Assembly (NCBI GenBank): GCA_003707115.1
Contig: PPNB01000001.1
Coordinates: 682,001-746,000, forward strand
DNA from: Tortispora ganteri
Taxonomy: Eukaryota
Length of the DNA stretch: 64,000 bases
Reading direction: 5' to 3'
In this document: piece by piece, positions 21,778 to 31,390 of the stretch
How the letters are laid out: each line of letters opens with the position of its first letter
Position numbering within the stretch: the stretch's first letter is position 1
The notes under the pieces: generated by a model
Told to the model about the DNA's origin: nothing
The model's database searches: none
The model's input: the letters and a program-made list of their open reading frames with translations, nothing else
Made by a program: the position numbers and the translations under genes

Positions 21778-22980
21778 ATGACACCATGGAGATCCATAAA
21801 TGCCTTGAAAATGTTTGTACGTTATCGTTCAGACACAGTATTTTCTGATATGCGTACTATAAATATCCGTTCGGGTGCTGGAGGTAATGGATGTGCGTCA
21901 TTTCGATCAGATAAAGGTAGACCACGAGGTCCTCCAAACGGCGGAGACGGAGGACATGGCGGGTCAGTGTACATGGTGGCTCGCAAGGGGATATTGAGTC
22001 TGCATAGACTGTCTGCGCGGTACGTTGCAGAACGTGGTAAAAATGGCAAATCATGGGATATGAATGGAGAGGCCGGAAGAGATGTATTGATTGAGGTACC
22101 TGTGGGCACGATCGTGCGACTTGCAGATCTGTCGAAACCTCTTAGACGAGCAGTACTTCCCGATGGCGAGAATTGGATTCATCTAGCAGGCCATGAGGAG
22201 CGGAATTTGAATAGAGATGATTTTAATGAATTAAAAAAAGATATGAAGCAATATGACTACAAGATACGACATAATGAAGAAGAGGAAGACGATTTCCCCC
22301 GAGAAGGACTTGATTTGACGTCGGAAGGTCGTCCGGTGCTGATCTTGAAAGGCGGCAGAGGAGGACTAGGGAATAAAAGATTTTCTGGACATGTTCAATA
22401 TGCCAGTTTTGCGACGGGCGGGAGACCAGGTATACAAGGATCGTTCACTCTTGAGCTGAAAATGATCGCAGATGTTGGGCTCGTAGGTAAACCTAACGCC
22501 GGAAAGAGCACGCTTCTGCGCGCTCTGTCGGCAGCGAAGCCCAAAGTTGCTGATTATCCATTTACTACACTGATTCCCAGTGTAGGTGCGGTTGATTTAG
22601 GGCGCGGAGAAGGTAGTTTCGTTGTTGCTGACATACCGGGGCTAATTGAAGGCGCCAGCGAAGACAAAGGCATGGGAATCGGATTCCTAAAACATATAGA
22701 ACGAACCATGTCACTTGTATTTGTGATTGGCCTAGATGCTCTGAACCCGGTGGACGACCTCAAGCTATTGATCAATGAAGTGGGCCAACGTGGATCAGGT
22801 AAGAAAAAAATAGTGGTCGGCAACAAGGCAGATCTGGAGGGAAGCGAAGAGAAGTACCGAGAGCTTGAGCAATACTGCGCGGATAATGGATGGCCGATCG
22901 TACCTATTTGCGCTAAAGACAGGCTGAATATTGACAAGCTTGTAGCAGAGATGCGAGAGATGGTTGAACTACGAGACTGA
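21778..22980 (+). CDS. MTG2: Mitochondrial Obg-family GTPase
   Basis: Gly-rich Obg fold (GGDGGHGGSV), VGKPNAGKSTL, YPFTTL, DIPGLI, NKAD. Confidence 0.92.
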   Translation: MTPWRSINALKMFVRYRSDTVFSDMRTINIRSGAGGNGCASFRSDKGRPRGPPNGGDGGHGGSVYMVARKGILSLHRLSARYVAERGKNGKSWDMNGEAGRDVLIEVPVGTIVRLADLSKPLRRAVLPDGENWIHLAGHEERNLNRDDFNELKKDMKQYDYKIRHNEEEEDDFPREGLDLTSEGRPVLILKGGRGGLGNKRFSGHVQYASFATGGRPGIQGSFTLELKMIADVGLVGKPNAGKSTLLRALSAAKPKVADYPFTTLIPSVGAVDLGRGEGSFVVADIPGLIEGASEDKGMGIGFLKHIERTMSLVFVIGLDALNPVDDLKLLINEVGQRGSGKKKIVVGNKADLEGSEEKYRELEQYCADNGWPIVPICAKDRLNIDKLVAEMREMVELRD

Positions 22981-23032
22981 ATAACTGTAAATATTTAAGA
23001 GAAAGGAGAGCAAACTCTGTTCTTTTCATAAT

Positions 23033-23677
23033 TCATAAACAAATACGATAACTGGCATACCTACCAGCTGTCTCACTTCGACGTATAATTTTGACCACTT
23101 GTCCTCGTTTGAGACCAAGATAACGAGCTACAGGATCTTCACGCTGGATTCTAGGAAGCTGCGATTCCTTGAGACGATACTTACTTAAAAGATCCTTCTT
23201 TTCGGCAGAAGAGAGTCTGATATGTTTCGGAACAAGAATGTGACGAGTGATGTTAACGACAAGATCCGATTCGACAAATGTCTCTATAGTGGAAGGAGCG
23301 ACGGATGGAATTAGCTTGTTTGCGGCAGGAGTTATAGAGTTTTTGTATATAAATATTCCCGTCGAGAAGTGTTTGTCAACGATGTGCACGCAGAAAGCGC
23401 GCATGCTCTTTATGCCTACAGACTCTTCTTCACAAAATTCTACCCACAGAGGTCCAAGGTCCGGGTACTTATCTTGCGCTTCAGGTGATGCGGTTGCCTG
23501 AAAGCAAAGCAGCTTCCTTTGCGGATTACCCATTGAATCACAGACCTTCGCACGGAACTCGTCGTATGGCAGGTCGATTTCTTCTTGCGAAATTAAGTAT
23601 CCGCGGTCGCGAACCATCTCCTTTACGGTGCGACTCACTCTCCATAGTCGAGTAGTCTCCTTCTCTTGATCTTCCAT
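23033..23677 (-). CDS. RPB5: RNA polymerase I/II/III common subunit Rpb5
   Basis: [56 protein letters not shown]. Confidence 0.98.
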   Translation of the reverse strand: MEDQEKETTRLWRVSRTVKEMVRDRGYLISQEEIDLPYDEFRAKVCDSMGNPQRKLLCFQATASPEAQDKYPDLGPLWVEFCEEESVGIKSMRAFCVHIVDKHFSTGIFIYKNSITPAANKLIPSVAPSTIETFVESDLVVNITRHILVPKHIRLSSAEKKDLLSKYRLKESQLPRIQREDPVARYLGLKRGQVVKIIRRSETAGRYASYRICL

Positions 23678-23783
23678 AAGTTTCTTTTCTTCAATTAAAA
23701 GGTGATTGGTGAACAGCGTCTCTGGTTACTGAGAGGTGCAGGTTTTTGACCCAACTCAGGGTAAAGGGTTACATTGGGTTCTA

Positions 23784-23804
23784 TTTTTTTTTTTTTTTTT
23801 TTTT
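23784..23804. promoter_or_regulatory. 21-nt poly(dT:dA) tract in the divergent RPB5/BFR1 promoter, next to AACCCTAA (Tbf1-like) at about 23826
   Basis: Seen directly; such tracts typically exclude nucleosomes. Confidence 0.6.
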
Positions 23805-24030
23805 GGCTTCTGGTTCGCTGGCCCAACCCTAAAGGGGAAAGGAGTGGAGCGACGACACACATTTGAACTAATCTTCGAGACATTCGACCTTATCATATTG
23901 GTTAAGCACTCCGAGTCAATAGGAAATATTGACTGCATAACCGAGGAAGGCCTTTGAGTTTTCTGCAGTAAACGCTTGTTCTAAAAAGAAGCTGTGGGTT
24001 TAGTTTAATCTAGCGTTAATTTCGAAGCCA

Positions 24031-25275
24031 ATGGAAGAGACACCTCGACCAAGTTCCGCTGCGTATGATCGCGAACGCGCTAAGATTCATGCACAGCAGG
24101 AATCTCTTAAAGAGAAGCTTGCGGAACTTGATGCCAAAATTAAAGCAATTGGTCCCCGCTCCAACCCGGAACTCGATGCACTTGACAAGGAGATTGAACC
24201 GCTGAAGCAGCAAGCGCAAGGGTTCCGTGAGAAGAACAAGCAACTTCTTGCTGAAATCAAGAATGCCGAACAGAACCTTAAGCGTATGATTGCAAATGTT
24301 CAAAGCAGCAAGAAAGATAACCCGTTCAGGAGTCTCGAAGACCTCGATGCTCGTTTGAGTGCTATTGAGAACAGCATGCTCACCGGTTCTCTCTCCTTGG
24401 TCGAAGAGAAGCGTGCCTTGGACGAGTCCCGTAAGCTCAAAAACTTACGTCGTAGCTTCGAAGGGATCAAGGCCGAGGAAGACGCTATCGCTTTGGAAAA
24501 GAAGAAACTCTCTGAACTGAGAAGCAACCTCAACTCTGAAGCCTTGGACAAAATCAATTCTCTTTTGGACGCTAAATTTGAAGCGCGCAATAAACTGCGC
24601 AGCGCTAATCGCGAAAAGAGCACTAAAATGCGTGCAATTCAGCAGGAACGCGACGCAATCTATGCCGAAAAGCGCGAGCTTCATGAGAAGCTCGTGGCTC
24701 TGCGCGAAGAGCGTAATAAGCAGATCGAAGAATGGGAAAACTCTCAAAAGGAGGCACGTGAGGCTCGCACCCTTGAACAGGCTCGTAAAAAAGCTTCTGA
24801 GAAACTCAAGGCTGCATCGGCCCCTGCTTACGAAGAAGAAATCAAGGAAGTTGAATCTTTATTGGTATATTTCGACCCGACCTACACGAAAAGGGGTGTT
24901 GTTGACCCACTCTCTGTCATTACTGCCAATGGTTCTAACTCTTCACTCAATAAGGCTACCGGAAGTACTCGTGAAATCTCTATACCTGCTGGTACTGTGA
25001 TTATGAAGAAGCCTGACTTGAACAATGTGGTTGTTACGAAGAAATCGAAAAAGAAAGGCAGTCAAAAGCTTTCTTTGGCTCTTGACATAGTATCTGGTCT
25101 TTCGAAGTACGAGATTCCAATTCCTCTAGGCAAAGGAGACATTCCTAAAACTGTTGAACTGCTTCAGGCTAAAGTTGACTGGTACTTCAATGATCGTGAA
25201 CGCAAAACTAAGGAGAATATTGCTAAAGCTGAAGCTGAGCTTGAACAGTTGAAACTTGAAGAATCTCAAGAGTGA
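24031..25275 (+). CDS. BFR1: Bfr1-like coiled-coil mRNP/ER protein
   Basis: Long coiled coil, PFRSLEDLDARL, GSLSLVEEKRAL, PAYEEEI...LLVYFDP, RKTKENIAKA. Confidence 0.85.
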   Translation: MEETPRPSSAAYDRERAKIHAQQESLKEKLAELDAKIKAIGPRSNPELDALDKEIEPLKQQAQGFREKNKQLLAEIKNAEQNLKRMIANVQSSKKDNPFRSLEDLDARLSAIENSMLTGSLSLVEEKRALDESRKLKNLRRSFEGIKAEEDAIALEKKKLSELRSNLNSEALDKINSLLDAKFEARNKLRSANREKSTKMRAIQQERDAIYAEKRELHEKLVALREERNKQIEEWENSQKEAREARTLEQARKKASEKLKAASAPAYEEEIKEVESLLVYFDPTYTKRGVVDPLSVITANGSNSSLNKATGSTREISIPAGTVIMKKPDLNNVVVTKKSKKKGSQKLSLALDIVSGLSKYEIPIPLGKGDIPKTVELLQAKVDWYFNDRERKTKENIAKAEAELEQLKLEESQE

Positions 25276-25533
25276 AACAATAAGCCCTTTTACTTTTGCT
25301 TTTATTTTTGCTTACGTCCCCACGTTTTTTTTTTTCCAAACATTTTATAAATAGTTGGATCCCCCTTATAAACACTTTAAGTCGATAATAAATTACGTAG
25401 AAACATACTATTTTAGTGTAGTTAAGTTAATGAGCCGCACTACGCGTTGCTGCAGGGTAACTGAAATTTACTTTTTCAAAAGTCGCGTCCGCGCGACTCT
25501 CTGGTAAACACCAACATTTTGGCCTGAACCAGC

Positions 25534-27468
25534 ATGCTGATAACACAGGAGACACTTCTAGATGAATTTGAACGTCTAAGGAGCTCATCTTTATCACATG
25601 CAACGTGTAAGGTTTCTATTTTTGTTGCATGTGCTGATGTTGATGCCTTATGTGCGGCCAAATGCCTCTCTTTGACCTTCAAGCACGATCTCATTCCTCA
25701 TCGCATTTGCCCCGTGGCAGGATTTTCAGACGCTGGAAATGTCTATAACAGCTTAGATGATGATATTTTAAATGTTATATTTATAGGGTTTGGTGCATTG
25801 GTTGATCTGACGGAATATTTCAGCTTCGACTCGCGCCTACAGAGGTACCATTATATCATTGACGGACGGCGTCCTTGGCACTTGAACAATATCGATTCTG
25901 AGTTTGTCCGTTGCATAGATTTGAACCCAGAACTGAGCCTCATAGAACCTGCTAGAAATGCCTGGTTGGAGCTTAAAAACGTTCCTGAGGTTTCAGACTC
26001 CGATACGGATTCCGATACTGATTTTGATGATGACTATGCCAGTTCACAAGACGAAGACACAGAGACCGAACCACAGAATGAGGAGGATGAATCAGATGTA
26101 ATATTAGGATCAGACGATGAGGGAAATGAGGATCAGAAATCAGCCGCTAAGCGCATACGATCTTTAAAGAGAAAACACAGAAGAGCCAAACGCAAAGTTA
26201 GACGGGTGCGGACAAAATACGAAGATGAAATTAACTCATACCATTTTATGGACACTTATATTGTTGCATCTACATCTTCGCAGATCTACGGTCTACTGTC
26301 TGAGCTCGGCCGGACTTCTAACAGCTATCTGTGGCTTGCGGTGGTTGGAACAACGGCGTTGGATGACATAGCTCCAGCGGCGGTGCAGGAAGCCATGCCG
26401 GTATTCAAAGATGAGGTAGCACGATTAAATTCAGAGATACAACAACATTTGAATGCCGCAGATAACCAAGCGCTTACAGTTGATACAGACTTTCGCCTAT
26501 TCTTGCTCAGACACTGGTCACTGTACGATTCCCTGATACATTCCAAATATGTATGCACTCGTTTGCATCTCTGGCGGCAGTCCGGGCGCTCTCGCGTTAA
26601 AAGACTACTTGCGCATATGGGAATATCAATTATTTCAGCTAAGGAAAACTGGATACACACAGATATGGAATTGAAGAGGACACTGGCCGATCGGTTCAGA
26701 AAAGTATCCGCAAACTACGATATTGAATCCATTATTGTTGAGGGTATATTTCGCAAGTTTGGATTCAGAGGTAAAATATCAGCGCGAGATGCTGTTGATG
26801 CTATTGCGGCGCTGCTTGAGTCAGGGCGGCCTCATTCACTTACAGGCTCGAGCTCGCTTCCAACGCCGCAGAGCTCGGCGACGTCGTCTCCGGATCATAG
26901 CACACAAGTTGCCATAGACCGTGACAAGATGTACGTGGAGCACTTTTGGGCAGGATGGGACAGTGTGGACGACATTAATTTGCTGAAGTATGGGGTTGAG
27001 AAAGCACAGAAGTTAGAGGAGGCCGTACTAAGGACTGGTGCTGCTATTATGGAATCAAAAACGGTCCGGGAATTGCGGGTAGGGTACCTTGTTGCGGTTC
27101 GCGATTCGCCAGACCAAAACATGTTTTTGAATCCGATTGCCATTATGCGACTAGCGCAATGGATATCGCATGCTATAGCGAATTTAAGGAAACCGAGACC
27201 TATGATCCTCGCGATCCTCGACAAGGCCACAGATACGTACATGGCGGTAGGTTTACCATCGCCTATCGGTATGGCTGGAGTAGATGATGAAGATGAAGAA
27301 GACCTGAATCAGAAGAATGCATTCAGAATTGGGTTCCAGGAAGCGGCGGAACGGACGGAAGCACGATACCGTATTGACGGTTTCGAGAGTGCTACTATCC
27401 AGATCAGAAGACAAGATTTTTCTACATTTATGGAAGCATTGGTAGACTTCCAGTACTCTCGATCTTAG
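25534..27468 (+). CDS. CDC45: DNA replication initiation factor Cdc45
   Basis: DVDALCA, IDGRRPWHLNN, acidic loop, LLRHWSLYDS, LLAHMGIS. Confidence 0.96.
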   Translation: MLITQETLLDEFERLRSSSLSHATCKVSIFVACADVDALCAAKCLSLTFKHDLIPHRICPVAGFSDAGNVYNSLDDDILNVIFIGFGALVDLTEYFSFDSRLQRYHYIIDGRRPWHLNNIDSEFVRCIDLNPELSLIEPARNAWLELKNVPEVSDSDTDSDTDFDDDYASSQDEDTETEPQNEEDESDVILGSDDEGNEDQKSAAKRIRSLKRKHRRAKRKVRRVRTKYEDEINSYHFMDTYIVASTSSQIYGLLSELGRTSNSYLWLAVVGTTALDDIAPAAVQEAMPVFKDEVARLNSEIQQHLNAADNQALTVDTDFRLFLLRHWSLYDSLIHSKYVCTRLHLWRQSGRSRVKRLLAHMGISIISAKENWIHTDMELKRTLADRFRKVSANYDIESIIVEGIFRKFGFRGKISARDAVDAIAALLESGRPHSLTGSSSLPTPQSSATSSPDHSTQVAIDRDKMYVEHFWAGWDSVDDINLLKYGVEKAQKLEEAVLRTGAAIMESKTVRELRVGYLVAVRDSPDQNMFLNPIAIMRLAQWISHAIANLRKPRPMILAILDKATDTYMAVGLPSPIGMAGVDDEDEEDLNQKNAFRIGFQEAAERTEARYRIDGFESATIQIRRQDFSTFMEALVDFQYSRS

Positions 27469-27532
27469 ATTTTTGCTACTATTAAAGCATCTTATGACAT
27501 ATACGATACGATAATATATAATGATAATAAAT

Positions 27533-27868
27533 TTAAAGGTTTGAAGTATCTTCTTCGAAATCATAGACGGATAAACTAGACGTCTTCTGGACCAATTCTT
27601 TTGCGAGAGAAAGATGGTAAGTATCTTTGAACGCATAATAAAAGACATCTGACTGATTTGCAAATTCCACGTATAACACGTAATCTGCAGGACCTGCGAA
27701 TGATTCTGTGCTGATTTGCTTGTTGCAGTATGCTCTCAGAATATAAGGTTTACCGTTCTGGATGCAGTTCGACTTTAGACCGGCAATTGTAGCAAGAACA
27801 GACTGCCTCTCTTTATCTGAAACAGAGTCTTTGAATTTAAAAGGCACAATATGAATTATTTTGCTCAT
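27533..27868 (-). CDS. Stress-responsive A/B barrel (Dabb-family) protein
   Basis: IIHIVPFKFK, GKPYI, VEFANQSDVFYY...D.YH, VYDF; ATG at 27868. Confidence 0.8.
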   Translation of the reverse strand: MSKIIHIVPFKFKDSVSDKERQSVLATIAGLKSNCIQNGKPYILRAYCNKQISTESFAGPADYVLYVEFANQSDVFYYAFKDTYHLSLAKELVQKTSSLSVYDFEEDTSNL

Positions 27869-27964
27869 CTTTGGGTTATTCTTGCAAGGTCGAGTGTGAT
27901 AGACAAAAGAGTAAATGGAAAAATGGATATTCAAAGAGAGCCCGGAATTAAGTTAGGTTTTGTC

Positions 27965-30874
27965 TTAGTCATCAATTTCATTATCCTCGAGTAAATCAGC
28001 TGACATCTCTAGACCGACAGAATGCATACCTTCCTTAAATGTAGTTTTAACCCATCGAGAACCTGTATGACACAATTCCATTGTGGGGAAATAATGTAAG
28101 TTGGTTTTGATAGATATCACAGTGGGTATATTGTCGAATGTCATCAATCGCAAACGGACGTATGATTTGTGTGATATTTTGGCAATTTCAGCCATAAACC
28201 TATCTAATGTTTTCGTTTCAACCCCATTAACATGGGTAATAAAACTCGTTGGAGTTAGACCAAATTGACAGGCAGGAGAACCTTTCATTCTTGCAGAAAC
28301 GTACACTTCTGAGTGAATCTTCGAGATCTGTTGTCGAACAGCATGATGTGGTTCGTGGATAATAGCACCACACCACATTATGATCCGGCTCGTTTCGATG
28401 TTGTCCGTGGCAATAGTTTGTACTTTTAATCTCACATGCTGCCGGTTGCGCACAATATCTGCAGATATCTCCTTTAAATCGGACGCAACTTCCAGATCGC
28501 TAGCACAAGTAAACACTTTGTCATTAAACGCGAGAACAATATCTCCCTCCTTGAGCTGCTGAGGCACACCTGCAGATGTCTTTCGCACCATAAATACCTG
28601 TCTGCGCTCATCGTTTGCGTTTTCTATTTTCTGCAACCAATCTTCGCTGACTCCATGTACGCGAGCCTGCGAGAGCTGCAGTGTTTGAAACTCAACGTCA
28701 AGGATACGAGGACTAGCATTCCTGCGCGCTTTTATTTCTTTCAGCGACCTCATTACATCTCTAACAGATATACCGACGCGATAGTCGCTGTCTATGCCGT
28801 TGATTCGTTCCCCCAAGAAGTTCATCCATAGAGCCTTGACGGTACCGTCAGGCGCGCAAAGAACGCCAGATGGACATTTCGAGGCCAGTGGCGTGTCGAT
28901 AGAGATCGCGTCCACATTTACTGCACGATAACGAGGCATCATCGGGTTTGGAGGAATCACAATAGCAGGAATATCAAGAACAGTAGTGGTAACAACAAGT
29001 AGTCGCGACTCATAAGTGTGTCCAACAAACAGAACCGAGTCGCCCTGGTTCACAGGATCAGCACTGAGCGTAGCAGAAACAACATCAACTTTCACAATTG
29101 AAGGATCATATTTAATAATAGCATAGTTGGCTAGCGGATGTAAAAATACCACTGATGCCTCAACTTCGATCGAATCGGCAACTGTCACCCAAATGTCGCA
29201 CAAATCGTATGGTACAGTGTATCGACTGACCACGACCAAACCTTCTTCTGCGTCAAGAACAAGACCGTTAGACACACGCCTAGTTTGAGGGAACCCGTCA
29301 ATAGTTACAGGTATGACACAATTGACCGTTACAAAACTCTTCTCTAAGTTGGCAGGAAGGTCCCGAGGAACAAACCTTGCAGCGTGGGAAACGACAGGCT
29401 CAGGGTCTGGAGATGGGCCTAAACTAGAAAAATCCCATAGTCCTGTCTTATCGTTCCTAACTGCAAGTCTGAATTTACCCGTCCAGTGGCGGTCAATGCG
29501 CACTACTTTTGTGAACACGTTGTGCATGTCGCGCAAGTTGCGCATAGTCACGACACATCGTTTTTTGTCAGGCACTTTCCGCATGACATCAATGAACTCA
29601 TCAAGATCGTTGGTAGGTACTCCATCAATAGATTCGAGTAGCCAACCCTTGGAAGTGTGGTTGTCAACCTTGAACGAGCCGCCTGTAGATGCCAGGAACA
29701 CACCGCGTACAGGCACGCCGTATATGCGCGCCATCTGGTAGGATAGGTTGTGAAATGTAGAGCCAGAAACTTCAACATATCTGTCCGGTGTTATAGCATG
29801 AAGATCTTGAACAGTACAGGTAGCAGTCACAAGATCGCCGCCACGACATATTTCGATCAATATGGTGCTTCCCACACTTGAATCAAGGATAGCATCCACA
29901 CGCGCAAAGGAAGCGACCAGTTCACCATTAACAGCAAGAAGAATATCACCTTCTTGAATTTTTTCGTAGCCAGGACCTTCTGGTAGAACTGTTTCAGCTA
30001 CCAGGAGACCGATGGCCTGTGGGAATCGGGACCGCATATTCTTCTCGTCGTGTGCAGATAGGCCGAGTCTTCGGCATTCATCAAAGGGCTGCAAGAACCA
30101 TTGCGTTTGGATAGTGCCGCGTGTAACTGGGTCACCGCGTTGTATGCATTGCAGCGCTCTTAGCGCACGGTAGAGCGGCAAGAAATAGTCTGTTGAAGAT
30201 TCTGAGGAACCGCCCGCCTGGAGAGCGACAACCTGGCCCAGAACATTGACTACAGGAGAGCCAGAAGAGCCACCAGAAGCAGATGCTGCCGCTTGGATAT
30301 ATTCTGTATTAAAATCATTGTAAGTGAGATCGCCATAATCGGGCGCATTTCTATCGAGACGCGAAATGAAGCCTGACAAAATAGACAGTTTTTCACCTGC
30401 ATCGTTTCCAACAACACGAATTTCGACTCCAACTTTGGCGCCTTCAGGTACCAACGGAAGCTCCTCGACAGCCATGTAATGAACGGCTTTCGGGTCAAAC
30501 TTGAGGAGTCCAAAGTCGTGGACCGGGTCACGGTATATGGGTGAGACCTCTACTTCCTCGTGATTGTCGAAGATAGCAAACCCGACAAAAGGGCCCGGAC
30601 CTACTACATGTCTGTTTGTCATTATAATACCACGGGAAGTGTCTACGACAAAACCTGTGGCTTCAGAGACGAGTGGAGGCTCACCGTCGAAGGCTGCGAC
30701 TTGAGCGAAGTGCACGGACACTACTGATTTGACAACTTGTTTGATTGTATGCAGCCACTGGGCAGAACTATGAGTTTCACCACCATAAATATCGACTTCA
30801 ACTGGTTCGGGTATATCATTTGATAGTTTTATTTTCTTTGGCGACGAGTATGAAGAACGTCGCTTGACTGTCAT
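27965..30874 (-). CDS. NMA111: Pro-apoptotic nuclear HtrA-like serine protease Nma111
   Basis: TNRHVV, DPVHDFG, GGSSGSPV catalytic motifs; duplicated protease/PDZ architecture; N-terminal NLS (KRR, PKKIK); first ATG at 30874. Confidence 0.96.
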   Translation of the reverse strand: MTVKRRSSYSSPKKIKLSNDIPEPVEVDIYGGETHSSAQWLHTIKQVVKSVVSVHFAQVAAFDGEPPLVSEATGFVVDTSRGIIMTNRHVVGPGPFVGFAIFDNHEEVEVSPIYRDPVHDFGLLKFDPKAVHYMAVEELPLVPEGAKVGVEIRVVGNDAGEKLSILSGFISRLDRNAPDYGDLTYNDFNTEYIQAAASASGGSSGSPVVNVLGQVVALQAGGSSESSTDYFLPLYRALRALQCIQRGDPVTRGTIQTQWFLQPFDECRRLGLSAHDEKNMRSRFPQAIGLLVAETVLPEGPGYEKIQEGDILLAVNGELVASFARVDAILDSSVGSTILIEICRGGDLVTATCTVQDLHAITPDRYVEVSGSTFHNLSYQMARIYGVPVRGVFLASTGGSFKVDNHTSKGWLLESIDGVPTNDLDEFIDVMRKVPDKKRCVVTMRNLRDMHNVFTKVVRIDRHWTGKFRLAVRNDKTGLWDFSSLGPSPDPEPVVSHAARFVPRDLPANLEKSFVTVNCVIPVTIDGFPQTRRVSNGLVLDAEEGLVVVSRYTVPYDLCDIWVTVADSIEVEASVVFLHPLANYAIIKYDPSIVKVDVVSATLSADPVNQGDSVLFVGHTYESRLLVVTTTVLDIPAIVIPPNPMMPRYRAVNVDAISIDTPLASKCPSGVLCAPDGTVKALWMNFLGERINGIDSDYRVGISVRDVMRSLKEIKARRNASPRILDVEFQTLQLSQARVHGVSEDWLQKIENANDERRQVFMVRKTSAGVPQQLKEGDIVLAFNDKVFTCASDLEVASDLKEISADIVRNRQHVRLKVQTIATDNIETSRIIMWCGAIIHEPHHAVRQQISKIHSEVYVSARMKGSPACQFGLTPTSFITHVNGVETKTLDRFMAEIAKISHKSYVRLRLMTFDNIPTVISIKTNLHYFPTMELCHTGSRWVKTTFKEGMHSVGLEMSADLLEDNEIDD

Positions 30875-30927
30875 TGTCGAAGACTTAAAGTTTTTCGTAG
30901 CTGCCCAAGGTTGACCTGTACTATGCC

Positions 30928-31350
30928 ATGAAAGTAAGTACAACTTCAAAATATATAAGTGATCTTTGACTAACAAACTAGATCGAGAATGCAAAAGAAT
31001 GTATGTTATGTAATTATGAAGTATTTGAACATACTAAACAAATAAAGAGATCAAACACTAGTGCGAAGAAAACCGTTTTGAAATCAGAGAACCTCGAAAC
31101 TGTCGTTTTCGAATTGCAAGAGTACCTAAAAGACTCACCTTCTTCGCGTGAATCAAAGGAAGGTATTGGTTTGTTTATTGAATCAATAAAGAAATTTGGT
31201 CTTGAAAAAGCTGAAATATTTCAAATAATTAATTCAGTACCTACTTCACTAGTAACACTTTACTCTTTGATCGAAGAATGCGATACCAGGTTCACTGAAG
31301 AACAGACCGCGGAAATACTTCAACTAATTAATAATAATTTAATATCTTAA
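30928..31350 (+). CDS. RPC17: RNA polymerase III subunit C17 (Rpc9/CRCP); exons 30928-30933 and 30982-31350
   Basis: ATGAAA|GTAAGT...GACTAACAAACTAG| gives MKIENAKECMLCNYEV; also NLETV, LEKAEIFQIIN and LIEECDTRF. Confidence 0.9.
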
Positions 31351-31390
31351 AGGCAAAAATATTATATTCATTTTTATTTGTTTTATTCTA

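Noticed and set aside
23858..23890. Possible extra-TFIIIC B-box upstream of RPB5 (GTTCAAATG, CTTCGAGAC)
   Set aside because: Neither matches the full GWTCRANNC consensus, and there is no A-box or tRNA fold
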